Part shown: positions 12,201 through 24,692 of the stretch, piece by piece
Position numbering within the stretch: position 1 is the stretch's first letter
Layout: the number at the start of each line of letters is the position of its first letter
Assembly (NCBI RefSeq): GCF_037042905.1
Contig: NC_087251.1
Location: forward strand, 7,256,001 to 7,320,000
DNA from: Lytechinus pictus
Lineage: Eukaryota
Direction of reading: 5' to 3'
DNA: 64,000 nt
The notes under the pieces: generated by a model
The model's database searches: none
What the model was told of the DNA's origin: nothing
Seen by the model: the letters and a program-made list of their open reading frames with translations, nothing else
Program-made: the position numbers and the translations under genes

Positions 12201-15200
12201 GACGCTGTAATATGCGCGTCCGGAATCATGATAGTGTCCGGTAATACAATACATGACCATACCCGTTTGGCATTAGGACTCCTGACCGGATAATTGCCAT
12301 TTCGTCTCCTGAGTACTGCCAACTCTCTCACTCACCACTAGCCAGGAGGCTCCTAGAGAGTAAAAATCATTCACTAACGAGAAACGTGCGCTTACTCTCC
12401 ACGGAGCCAGGGATTGCGTCCCATTCGTGCATGTGCGTGTACCGCAAAAAAAAATGAAATTTTTGCCCTCGAGATTTCTACTTTCCTTCTTCTAAAACTA
12501 TCTAGCCCTAAATCATGTAAATGGGATACAACTTCATTTCCGACATTTATATGATATTGATTTCATTTTTAAATGAATTCATGAAAAAAAAACGAGGAAA
12601 ATAGATCTATTGATTATGAAAAGACAGGGAAACTTGTCGCGATGATTACATCGCCATCTTGTTCTGTTTTGTTCTTCACCAAGCTACAAGACGCACATCC
12701 TCGATGAACACTTGATCAAGATATGTTGCGACTCTTTTTTCCTGTTTCAGATTCGATTCATCTTAATTCAGAACCGTGCTGGTAAGACTAGGCTTGCCAA
12801 ATGGTACATGGCATTTGATGATGAAGAGAAGCAAAAGTTGATTGAAGAAGTCCATGCCCTGGTAACAGTCCGAGATGCTAAACACACTAACTTCGTAGAA
12901 GTGAGTCAAATGAATATTTAACCTTTATGGTTTTTGCAAAATATATTCCTTGATAATGATACATAGACCAATTCCTTAATCACGTGCATAAAAAGCTTTT
13001 AGCAAGACGTAATTGTGTAATTTTAATTCTAGGTCAGATTGGACCACTGCTACTGTTTGAAATAAAAGACAGACTATGGGCTTAAAATGTCAAATTATTT
13101 AGAGCCCCTTATAAAAGGCCCTTAACATCTTTATTTTCAGAATTTTCCTATGGAACTTGGTGCCTGTACAAATACTTTCATTGAATTAATGAATTCAGTA
13201 ATCAAGAGGTTAATGAAGAAAGGTCATATTGAGGATTCACAGAGAAACCAGGGTTTTAGCATTGAGTTTCTTTCGTACATGTATTGTACAAAATCTGATG
13301 AAGCTCTATAGTACCAGGGCGTAGGGGGGGGGGTTGTGTTTGAGTTTGTTTTTATTCATTTATTTTTGTTTTTAATTTGTTATTTCACAACAGTTTGAAA
13401 AATCAAAGAATTCTCAATTTTTTTAATTGTAAAAATAAGTCATATTTATTACTTGTCTTGTGACATATATACATGTATGGGTTGTGAGCTTAGGGTAACA
13501 AATTATGTTGAAACTATGAATATATATTTTTAGTATCCTCAAAGCCAGAGTTATTAATTTTTTTCCATGTATCTGTAATCAATTATCCATTATATGAAGG
13601 GGGTCTACAAACTTTGTAAAATCTCAAATGTCACATACTTATATCATTTAAAGTGGAAGTTCACCCTGAAAAAAGGTTTATTGTAAAAATTAGGCCTCGG
13701 GCGAATGTCAATTTTACCATTCAATTATTTCCTGAAAAAACAATTGAATCATTTGATTGTTCGTCGTCTGGAATCACGTCTTCTAAGCCAGTAGTTGACC
13801 TACTTACGAAGACCTCCGAAAGTATTATCTGTTCCTCATAAATGAAAGTAAGCCTTTTATTCCCTCTTCTCTTTAAATTTCTATTTCAAAAGAAACTATG
13901 AAATTAGATTAAAAGTTTCACTTTATTGTTCCAATTAAAAATCTTTCCTAAATCAATGCTTGTATTATGCATCCCTCCAAGTGCAACACCCCTGCATATG
14001 AATGAATCAGCCTACAGTCTTGGGTCCAATTTATGTCTCTGTAAACAACTCATTCATGAAGTATTCTTTGAGACAGACACGCATGTGGTGCCTTGCCTTT
14101 TACTTATTGAAAAATTTCATCTATTGCCCACGCCATGCCCCAACCAACACCTGTGGCACTGCCCACGATGTTAAAAATATTTTGCAAAATATTTTTCATT
14201 TGAAGTACCTCTCAAAATTACAATTTTTGTCTCACCTGCATAGCAGAGTGAGACTATAGGCGCCGCTTTTCCGACGGCGGCGGCGACGGCGGCGGCGGCG
14301 GCGACGGCGGCGGCGTCAACACCAAATCTTAACCTGAGGTTAAGTTTTTGAAATGACAGCATAACTTAGAAAGTATATGGACCTAGTTCATGAAACTTGG
14401 CCATAAGGTTAATCAAGTATTACTGAACATCCTGCCTGAGTTTCATGTCACATGACCAAGGTCAAAGGTCATTTAGGGTCAATGAACTTAGACCATGTTG
14501 GGGGAATCAACATCAAAATCTTAACCTAAGGTTAAGTTTTTGAAATGTCATCATAACTTAGAAAATATATGGACCTAGTTCATGAAACTTATACATAAGG
14601 TTAATCAAGTATCACTGAACATCCTGCATGAGTTTCACGTCACATGACCAAGGTCAAAGGTCATTTAGGGTCAATGAACTTTGGCCGAATTGGGGGTATC
14701 TGTTGAATTACCATCATAACTTTGAAAGTTTATGGATCTGATTCATGAAACTTGGACATAATAGTAATCAAGTATTACTGAACATCCTGTGCAAGTTTCA
14801 GGTCACATGATCAAGGTCAAAGGTCATTTAGGGTCAATGAACTTTGGCCAAATTGGGGTATTTGTTGAATTACAGCCATAAATTTGAAAGTGTGTTGGTC
14901 TAGTTCATAAAACTTGGACATAATAGTAATCAAGTATCACTGAACATCCTGTGCGAGTTTCAGGTCACATGATCAAGGTCAAAGGTCATGTAAGGTCAAA
15001 GAACTTTGGCCACGTTGGGGGTATTTGTTGAATTGCCATCATATCTCTATAAGTGTATTGGTCTAGTTCATAAAACGTGGAAATAAGAGTAACCAAGTAT
15101 CACTGAACATCTTGTGCGAGTTATAGTAGTTTTCAAAATCAGCACTGCTGCTATATTGAATCGCGTGATGCAGGTGAGACGGCCAGAGGCATTCCACTTG

Positions 15201-17389
15201 TTTATCATTTGAACCTATAACTGGGTCTGTTTTGGGAGACTAGTAGACATCTTGAATTAGGTGATGGCATGTGTTGGAATGTTATTTTGATTGTGTGAGT
15301 GAGGGAGGGGCCGGGGCTAATGGAGATTACATTGTTTTGAAAGATGAAAAGAATTCTGGTTCCCACTGCTATCTTTCTCGCTCTCTCTCTCTCTCATACC
15401 CACACATAGAGATGGGGAGGGGTCAATTTATTTCTGAAGTCACAACCTTTGATCCCATTACCTTTCCATTATGGGAACTCACATGGCTTCTTCTTTGTCT
15501 CCCCAAAGTTTCATTGGCCATCGAATGTCCAATCACACATCGGCTGAAGTCAGCTATTGTGTGTGTACTTTCTGTTTTAAGCACACAGACATGCAACCAT
15601 AGTGATAGAGTTATATAGGCCTAAAATGGCCTACACCTACATACATTGTGTATCGAGGGCAAGGCCGGGTCGGATTAAAATATTCGGACCTCTTTCAGGT
15701 TGGTGTTTAACTGTGAATGTGATACAATCATTGTTCATTTTTGACAAATTACATCTGTTATATCAGTTTTAAAACTGGTATCAAGTATTTAAAAACAATT
15801 GTTATCTTGTCATTTTGTTACTATTACTTGAGTATTCGAGTTATTTCAAGTGTCTAATCTGGACCTGCCGAACATTCGAATAGTGTAAATTTTGCTAATC
15901 GATTAGCGATCGGCGGCAAACCATTCGAACCATTCGATCAATCGATGTTTACTCCCAGGCCTAGTAAAAACAGCAGAAAAAATGATAAATCTTGACTTGA
16001 ATTCAAATTTGGGGGTGCTGCGTGTGTTATTTTCCATATATATAGGCAGCGCACCTCCTGGAAATCTAGTGGTAGGTATGATAAATGACAGAAATGTAAT
16101 GAAAATGAATGACGTTTTGTAGAACCCCCCCCCCACTTCATAATTTTCCGACACATTACTTGAAATAGTGTTTAAATTCACCCTCTTTCAGATCGGAATA
16201 TCAAATGTTTTCTGCTCGCGCTTCGCGCTCGCATTATTGATTTTTATCATAAAAAATGTATTTAGAATGCCCAGATACTAAGTCTAACTCTAAACACGCG
16301 CACGCGTGTTTTTTTCAGATACGCAGCTTGATTTGGGGGGGGGGGTACTCCGGGCTGAAAATATTTATATCAAATACATTTTATCATAATAAATAAATTT
16401 TATCAAAATCTGATAACGATTAAGTTATTTAATTCTAAAGTTTAGCAATATTTTATGAAAATGGTGATATGCATGTAGTCATGAATATTTAATAGGTGGG
16501 CTGATGCTGTCACATCCCCACTATCCTAGCTGTTCCTTGTGGAATCAAAATTGTTTCATTTTTTCATACCAGAATGAATGATATGTCTCCCTTATAATGA
16601 AATAAGTTGCAGCAAAGAATATCTAATGGACTAAATCAGTTGTCAATTCAACTGTTTTGGTTCTTGAAAGGAAAATATTGAATAAACCTAATTTTATATA
16701 ATAAAATACAAAAGAACAAGTGGGGAATAATGCTAATCTTTAAAATGCAATAACTGTGATTCTTGTCTGATTTTGATCAAATCTTTATTCTTATGTTCGT
16801 CTGAGTTTTCTTTATCTGTTCAAACCATTTTACATTCAGTGTGGAGTTTCAGATCAGAATATCAAAAATTTTACACACAGTACACACACCACAATATGTC
16901 TATATACTTTCATAAAATATTTGTAATAAAAATATGTGCAAACTTAATCTATTTTAATAGCTTTTGGATAATCTTAATTAAGCATTACCAATACAACTTC
17001 TTTTGAGATATATATTATTTTGAGATATATGTATTATTATACATTTTTGGATATATGTATTATACAGCACACATAACACAATATGTCTACATACTTTCAA
17101 AAAATGTTTGTAATAAAAATCTGCGTAAACTTAATTGATTTTAACAGCTATTGGATAATCCTAATTAAACATTACCGATGTAAAACATTTTCTTTTAAGA
17201 TATACCTATATTTAGTAAATTAATCCAAATATATGCATGGTAATTGTAAAGCCATTATGTCTTTTACATCTTCAGATACCTGAAGAAGGCCCTACTAAAT
17301 GGCCGAAAGCTTGTACTAATAAAAGTTGAAGAAATCCAGGCTACGTCTCTAGCTTCAATGCTTTTTGAGCTTCTTCGCCAATGTATATT

Positions 17390-17423
<34 letters not shown>

Positions 17424-18473
17424 GTATGTGTGTGTGTGTAATTATGTTAAACTCAATTGTGTCTGCCCCCCCCCACCTCTGAGGAGAGATTTCAGCACCC
17501 CCACTGAAAAAATCGTTCCCAGGTCCCTGCCTATTATTTTGTCCACCCAGGGAAGTTGGAGTTTCCGTGGTCCATCTATCAACCTTTTGATTCCATGCAT
17601 TTTACCATGTTTTGCATGATCAAGAAGATTTGACCCAATTAATTGCAATGAATGAAATTAATGAATGCTTTTCTCATTACAGTATCGTAACTTCAAGATT
17701 GTCTACAGGAGATACGCCGGTCTATACTTTTGTATCTGTGTAGATGTAGGAGACAACAACTTAGCCTACCTAGAAGCTATACACAACTTTGTGGAGGTAT
17801 GCTGGTTTGTGCCTGTGTGTGTATGTATGTGGGAGGGGTGGCAAGTTATAAATGTATTTTTTGCTGTTGCATATGCTATGGAAGACAATTTATTTTTGAT
17901 AAGTTATTGTATTCATATTTCAAAAGGGGAAATATTTGAATTATTTGAAAATGAATAGATTTGAATAATTTATTATAAATACATTGTGACAAAGTTTTAT
18001 TTAAGCTATAATTCCCTTAAATTTTTATTTCTATTTTATGGATACTGTAAAACATTAGTTGTATTTTTTTGTGTAATTTTGTGATTTTTACTGTCAAAGC
18101 TTTTATGCATTTGATTTGATATTTCTATTTATAATGAAAATTATATGCGCAATAGTAACCACATATTTATTCTACTACATTGCAAAAGCTCTTGCTTTCT
18201 CCCCTTGTGTTTTTTTAATATAATCTCAGCCAATTCCAATATCTTATTTCTTTATATCATTTTGAGAGTTTAATCCAGTATTCACCTATTGTTCTGTCTT
18301 CCACTTTTCAGGTCTTGAATGAATATTTCCACAATGTTTGTGAGCTGGATTTAGTCTTTAATTTTTACAAGGTATACTCAGTTGTGGATGAGATGTTCTT
18401 AGCTGGTGAGATCAGAGAAACAAGTCAGACCAAGGTTCTTAAACAATTAAGCATCCTCGGACAGTTAGAATGA
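6259..18473 (+). CDS. AP2S1: AP-2 complex subunit sigma; spliced CDS join(6259..6261,12751..12900,17683..17796,18312..18473), 142 aa
   Basis: Joined translation is [142 protein letters not shown]. This is the recognisable AP-2 sigma sequence and length, with Arg15 conserved. All introns are GT-AG, phase 0. Exon 1 position is the least certain part. Confidence 0.96.
6503..7007. mobile_element. Palindromic MITE-like repeat; partial inverted copy at 12339-12663
   Basis: agccaggcggcttctagagagtaaaaatcatttactaacgtaaggttactctcatacgaagccagg is mirrored at 6931-7007. Confidence 0.75.
7142..9011. mobile_element. MULE/Mutator-like foldback element with a nested hAT-like insertion
   Basis: cccccgaat|TAACCCAGGGAGCCC ... 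GGGCTCCCTGGGTTA|cccccgaat; 9-bp TSD, TIRs of about 200 bp. Confidence 0.85.
7408..8802. mobile_element. hAT-like non-autonomous element, one TIR lost; same family as 44997-46521 in opposite orientation
   Basis: gtagaagg|CAGTGGCGTAAC ... ggccaccg|gtagaagg; body is the reverse complement of the 45-46.5 kb copy. Confidence 0.8.
10062..12177. mobile_element. Non-autonomous TIR transposon with 6-bp TSD (hAT-like termini)
   Basis: cttacg|CAGAGCTGCCAACC ... GGTTGGCAGCTCTG|cttacg; perfect 14-bp TIR. Confidence 0.85.
12751..12900 (+). CDS. AP2S1: AP2S1 exon 2
   Basis: tttcag|ATTCGA...GTAGAA|gtgagt; 150 nt; [19 protein letters not shown]...TNFVE. Confidence 0.97.
14224..15203 (+). mobile_element. Helentron-associated (HINE/DINE-1-like) element with an internal tandem array; decayed copy at about 54163-54440
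   Basis: T-run, subterminal IR gtctcacctgca (14229-14240) / tgcaggtgagac (15169-15180), (GGC/GAC)n microsatellite, about 5 core repeats of 162-192 bp. Confidence 0.75.
17277..17315 (+). ncRNA. Minimal hammerhead ribozyme-like motif (Penelope pLTR type)
   Basis: tac-CTGAAGA-a-GGCC-ctactaaat-GGCC-GAA-AGCT-T-gta, followed by AATAAA (17318-17323) and a (TA)n(TG)n microsatellite. Confidence 0.55.
17683..17796 (+). CDS. AP2S1: AP2S1 exon 3
   Basis: ttacag|TATCGT...GTGGAG|gtatgc; 114 nt; [16 protein letters not shown]...IHNFVE. Confidence 0.97.
18312..18473 (+). CDS. AP2S1: AP2S1 last coding exon
   Basis: tttcag|GTCTTG...[59 protein letters not shown]; absent from the ORF track. Confidence 0.97.
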   Translation, partial: VLNEYFHNVCELDLVFNFYKVYSVVDEMFLAGEIRETSQTKVLKQLSILGQLE

Positions 18474-21044
18474 ATTACAGTTATTCCAATCTAATAGTTT
18501 AATCAATTGTGAATTCTTCAAAATGTCTTCTACACTGATTTCACCAGTATGCTATAATATTCTTTAATCAACCATACCATGACACATACACACGGTTGCA
18601 TCTTGGTATTAATAATGCTTATTGACAATAATGTTGGAGGTTTTTATTGAAATCTTGCTTGGGACTTGAAATGGGACTGTTTCATAAAGTGTTTCAATCA
18701 AACACAATTCCAAAAATCAAATTCAACACAATTTTCAACCAATCAAAATTGTGCATTAGGACTTATAATCATTATAATTTCTGATTAAACAACATATCTT
18801 ACTGCAGTGGATTCCAATGGGTTTTCAAATACAATATGTGCTGTCTTTGCCCAAACCATGTTTTTTTCTGGGAGGTAAACTTGTCACATTGCCCTTGTAT
18901 ATCAATCATGAAATTTTAATAATTTAAAATGCACAATAAAGTCTGACACTGACTCTTTTTTGAAGTGCTTCTAAAGGATTATTGTAGTTGATATGGTTGT
19001 TGATGCAGTGTTTGGAGACATTTTGAGTATATTCAATCTTTTTATTATTGATATGTATAGATATATGATAAGAAACTTGTATAGTAAGTCTATTACTGTA
19101 TGTTGTATTATCCATGTATATATTTTATGTGACCATCGTGTGGTTTTTCCCAACTATTCCAGACATATTTGTTGTCCTTTAGTTGATGGCATTGTTATTC
19201 TGTTTGTTGAATCATGAATATTTGCTGAAATGGCAAATGAATTCACAGGTTAATGAAATTTTACTATGTCTGTAACATCAGAGACCAATTCAGGTATAAA
19301 TTTTGGTAGTTCCTGAAAAATGTTTAAAACTTTTTTAACTCATTTCCAGGGCCCTATTGCATAAGCCAGAGAAAACTTGGGTTCATTATTTACTTACTCT
19401 GTCAACCTTGAAAAAGAAAGGCAATGGGCTGATTCAGCCCTGATGACATTTCTTTAATAAATTTGTAACACAATAGGCTCTCAAAGCTACACTTCAGGGC
19501 TTTTTTTCTTTTTTCATTCTCTCACATGTTTAAAACCTTATTTTATTGTGATGCTTAGGTTGGTGTACCTAAGTTAGGTATGATTAATACTTACAAGGCA
19601 GATTGAATATTCCTCAAAATATTGTTTCTTGTACAATTCCATATCAACATTAATTTCCAGCTAGAATTCACTAATGTATGATTAATTTTATTAGTAGTAT
19701 TACAGATCAAAATATATTAATTTTTGATTTTTATAGTCATAGTAATGTTGCTGACAAACTTAGGTGAAAAACGATAACCCAGGTTTTCAATTTTTACCAG
19801 TTTTGCACAAAAAAAGTGTCAACAAAGAATCATTCCCAAAACAAGTACATTTGTGTTATGTTTGTTTTTGTTTTTTTTAAGAAATCGTTCTACCTATCAT
19901 GATATTAGTGTGTATCAAAGTATTTATAATACCATTTCCAGTCCTTACGGAGATCCAAGTCAAATTAGAAAAGGGATGGGATAGGAATTGGGAGTTTGGA
20001 GACCATTTTTTATTCAAGTGAAAGAAAGATGTTATACTACATTTTGAAAATAATCATTAAATTGAAAAGTACCTTCATTTTTTAAATATCAGTGAAAGGT
20101 TTAACTTTCATGGGTCATACAATAAATTCCTGTGTAATTTATATGTTAGTTTGATATGATGTTTTATATAATATAGCATATGTCAAGAAAAGACCATGTC
20201 TGCTAGTATCCAGTTTATATTTTAATGCAATAGCGAGTAAACGTGTGTTGGTTATTATTATATAATGTACATGTATTTTCAATATTGTGACAATGTTCTA
20301 GCACCAAAGCCATTTTTTTGTGATTGTTCATACTCCCTGAATTATTCAATAAAATTCTTTGTGCTTTGTGAAAATATACATCCTGAATTGTTTCTGTCTG
20401 TATTTCCTTCTTCGTGTTCATGAGATATGATACAAGGGGAATGTTACATGAAACTACAGTATCTGTAATACTACACACCTTGTTCAGAAAAATTGTCTCC
20501 TGCTTTCTTCTCCCGGGTTTTTGGAAGGATAGGCAACATTTCAATGAACAGTACCCATTCAGTGCCACATTCTGATGAGGTGCAGCTGTTTTTGTCATTA
20601 GTGCGCGCACAGGAAAGGCAGAGACAATGGGTTGCTTTGCCATGCATGGTAGTCAGCCCCAACTCATCCCCTGGAGATCAGGGGACGCTCTGTCATAAAA
20701 ATTATCAACCTGTCCCCTGGTTAATCTTAATTACCGTGGGACAGTGTGGATCCCAGAAAAATCACACTGGCAGAACCACCTCTAGATTGACGAAAAACTT
20801 CAATGTTATAACAGATCATTGGGCAGTTTAGAGTCTATTTCATTGGTGCGAGTGTAGTTATGCATGACTGGTTGTCACCTCTTTCATCAAAATAAGATTA
20901 AAAATGTGGTTGGGGCATTTCCAAATTTCAGTTATTTTAGCTTAACAATGAGGGAGTCGTTTATGTCACACATCCACTAAACCCCTCAAAAGAGTTCAGC
21001 AACTCCAGTTTGAGGGGTAATAAATTTCAGTGTGCCATTACATA

Positions 21045-21234
21045 CAATGGTGCTCAAAAGTTGGGGGAACCCCACCAGAAAATCTAGTTCTGCCATGTTT
21101 TAGAGATAATTGGGAAGTTTGGCGAGAAAGTATTACCTACACTAAATTTTGTTTTGAGGGCTTGTTTTCTACATTCAACACTTGGCATGAAGGGGTGCAT
21201 TTTGTGCTGGGGTTCACTATCTTATGAGCAACTG
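21045..21234. mobile_element. Tc1/mariner-like MITE
   Basis: TA|CAATGGTGCTCAAAAG...gaacccca / tggggttc...TGAGCAACTG|TA; imperfect TIRs. Confidence 0.6.
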
Positions 21235-21483
21235 TACAAAATAATTGTGTTCATGGCATATTTCTTTTTTAAATTGGGGATTTGTGAGGTTTGAAGTTGT
21301 TTTTTTTACTCGCACTATTTTGCTATTTTCTCTCTCCCTTGCACTTCATTCCTTTCCATATGAACTTAATATATTCCAACTCATTTCACTACACTCATCA
21401 TTAGAGCTATAAAAATTCTATCAATATTTCCTTAACAACTTCTATTCATATTCACACCTTTCAACTTTCTTAACTTCTGTAAA

Positions 21484-21886
21484 TGTGACCCTCTACCTCA
21501 AAACTCAAGTGTTTAAAAAAAAATTATGGATATATTTTTATCAAATTTGGCTCACGAACAACTTTTTCATGTGATGAAGTAATTTGATGAGAGCTTCAAA
21601 GAATAAGGAGGAAACAAAGTTAGAAATCTTGGACATGTGCATACTGTGAAAATGCGATAAAACTTCTAACTAATGTCTGTAAAGAAATGCTCTCAAAGAA
21701 ACTCTTGGATCTGATTTTTGGCTTCACTTTGCACTTAATTTTTACGGCATGGAGAAAACTGAGTTATTCTTTCAGATGAGCTAATTTCCAGATTTTTTAC
21801 TTTTAGAGAATTAATAAATATTTTTTGTCTAATTACAAGAGTCTTACCCAACAACTTCTTGTTGGTTTTGAGGTGGAATTGTCACA
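21484..21886. mobile_element. Unclassified TIR element
   Basis: tgtgaccctctacctcaaaac ... gttttgaggtggaattgtcaca. Confidence 0.5.
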
Positions 21887-22563
21887 AATGCAGTCTACAT
21901 GCAACTGTTAAAAAAAAACCACATATCGACTTATACATGTAGGACAAATAAGGATACATTAGATAACTTGTGGGTATTCATTTAACATTCTTTTACACTG
22001 TCCAATCTTGACATTCACAGCAACAAAATATGAATACATGTATTGGTTATTAAGAATGATAAGGTGAGTCTTAATCGAATTATTAAGGATGTTCCCATGA
22101 CCAGGTCTATATTTTGCCAAACATGCAATTTTCATTATCAAATCCATTACTAGTCATAATACAATATCATGTATGAATGGTCCTCATATAAATTGAAGTG
22201 ATATGACCAGTCATGGTTTTGAGATGATTTTTTTTAAACCAAATAACAGGGATGTAGATTATTACTTTCTAAAAAAATACACATCCTTTTGTTGGGGCAT
22301 TATGACAGTATACTCATCCACACTGTAAAATAGGAACAGTCCAAAACACCCTTGGGCACATTAACACTGTCTCAAAGGTACCTTGTGTTGGCAGCTCATA
22401 CTAATGTCCTCACTGATATGTTTTATGGTAACATGACTGATGAGATGAATCACTGAGCTTCCAGTGTGTAAGAATTAAGCCCTGAAAATTGCATCATGTA
22501 TTTCAAAAAATAAAATAACATGACAGGAGATGGCACATTGTTCTTTCACCACAAAACAATGCA

Positions 22564-22569
22564 TTTATT
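22564..22569 (-). terminator. Candidate polyadenylation signal of the RhoGAP gene
   Basis: AATAAA on the - strand, followed on that strand by GT/T-rich sequence; lies at the edge of the TE-free region downstream of the stop. Confidence 0.4.
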
Positions 22570-24692
22570 TATACAAAACAAATTAAATTTTGTATTTTAA
22601 CAGTTTCTATCCAGTATTTAAGCCAATCATAGATTATCTTGATACATTAATTCAACACCTTCCCATTCCTTGCTGTTGTCAATCTGAAAATCATATTCCA
22701 AAGATGGCAAACTTCAAAGATTCAAAACATAAATCCAAAATATAATAGCTTTACCCATGAAAAACTGACTATACATTGTTACTTTGCATTATACGAGGAA
22801 AATACAAAAGTTGGTGCTTCCCTAGGGAAATTAATCACAGAAATGATTTAATAAAGCATGTTGACTGAACCATACCAAATGTGCAGTATTTAAAGGCTTT
22901 CTGTGTTCCCCCAAATCAACCTAAGAAGACTAGTAGATTTCTGATGTTATACATATAAGTGAACCTAAGCTTATCACGCCTGATCATTTTATTTTGTACA
23001 CATGTTCATTATTGCATTGTACCTACATGTTATTTACACTGCTTCTTGATAGGCATGATAGCATATGTCTTAGAAATATAGAACTTTCATCAAATCAAAT
23101 AAAACTATATCTTTTATGAAAATAAGTCTTATATGTACACATATTTTTCTCTGAATTTAAGCATCATAATTCAAAAGCAATTATCAAAATATTACTAGGG
23201 ACTAGTGTACTTATTTAAAATAGTAACAATACTCCAAAAGTACAGTGTATAAAGTACAGGTATTGTAAGCCATATATAATTATACTGTACTTTCTTGAAG
23301 ATTGAATAAGACGGAAAAGTTTTACACAATCTATATTCTATTTCCTTAGATAAGGAACTGGTCCAATCAAACAATCATGAAAAGCTAAATACAAGTAATT
23401 CAAACTTATCAAGAATACTTTGCAATCATCATTAACCATTAGACAATACTTCATATCTACTGAATGCCAGAGGAAATACATTTCCTCAACAGAAAAACTA
23501 GCCACACTTTTATTTTATGATTATAAGAAATTAATAATCTCCTTCAACACGGAATGTTTCAATGAAAATTCACAGCTGATTTCTGATGCCAAGAGTACTA
23601 CTGAAAATAGCATACATTGAATATGAGATATATAAAAAATGAAAATCATTGGAGCTATAAGAAAAATGTCAAAGGTCAGTTTGATAGGCATTTTCCAAGC
23701 ATACATAAACTAGAATAGCATTCACATTGTGGTCCAAGAGGCACATAGAAAGTACATCAAATTTATATTCCTTCTGTCATACAGTATTTGCACTATCTGC
23801 ATAAAGATGAACAAGATTGGATTTTCTTTAACCTAACATACATTTCCATAACATCAATAAAGCGCAATTTGAAAATAACTTTTATATACAGTTAATTCCA
23901 TCAACCATTATGATCATACTGCACCCCCATAAATACTCCAAAGCACATGTACAGTGAGTGTAGCATGACACATGACTGAGGCTCAAAACTGCACAATCTT
24001 CATAAAACAGTGAGCAAGAGATGAAAAAGACTCAAGATTCTTTTAACATAGCATCTACACAGTGCAATTTGAACTTACATGTATGATCTTTTTACACAAT
24101 TCCATCAACGATCACAAAACCCAAGACACCCCACAAACACTGCAAAGTACATTTAGCGAAACAATGGATGCTCAAAAACTGAAAGTCATACAATATGATG
24201 GTCATTACATTTTAACATAAAAAGATGTTCACCATGTGTCAAAATACATCTGTATTTATGAAGAAGTGATATCAGAATGGAAATTAAATTCATCATTAAC
24301 CAATGTACAATTTAGGTCATAAATTAGTACTGTTAATCACTTAATCTATCAATGTGTCGAGTAGTTATTCAAGCACTGTGGCTGTATTCAGTAATTCTCA
24401 AGCCTTAGTTTGATTCTATACCGGTACTCTACATTAACGGCTAGCATACAGGTCATTTCAATCAAGATAATAGTACCATGACATTTTCAAATATTGAGAA
24501 ATTAAATGTTATAGGTTAAGGTGAGCCTCAGCCCCAAACACATTTAATTTCTGGAATGACAATAATTCTATTTGTAAGTATTCATTAAAGAAATGAAGCA
24601 TGGAAAAACAGTGATTTACATTACAACACACAGGACATACATGTATGATCATGCAAATACGTATACTTTAATTTCAGCTACCACTGATTGTA

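Noticed and set aside
20570..20620. Other CTGATGA matches (also about 13295 and 22437) as hammerheads
   Set aside because: No stem II followed by GAAA in the required spacing.
20215..20831. Overlapping 142-aa and 112-aa ORFs between the two genes
   Set aside because: No recognisable domain, no supporting exon structure; likely chance ORFs in UTR or intergenic DNA.
22570..24690. CPE/AU-rich elements in the RhoGAP 3' UTR
   Set aside because: UUUUAU-type matches are expected by chance in such AT-rich sequence; cannot be supported without conservation data.
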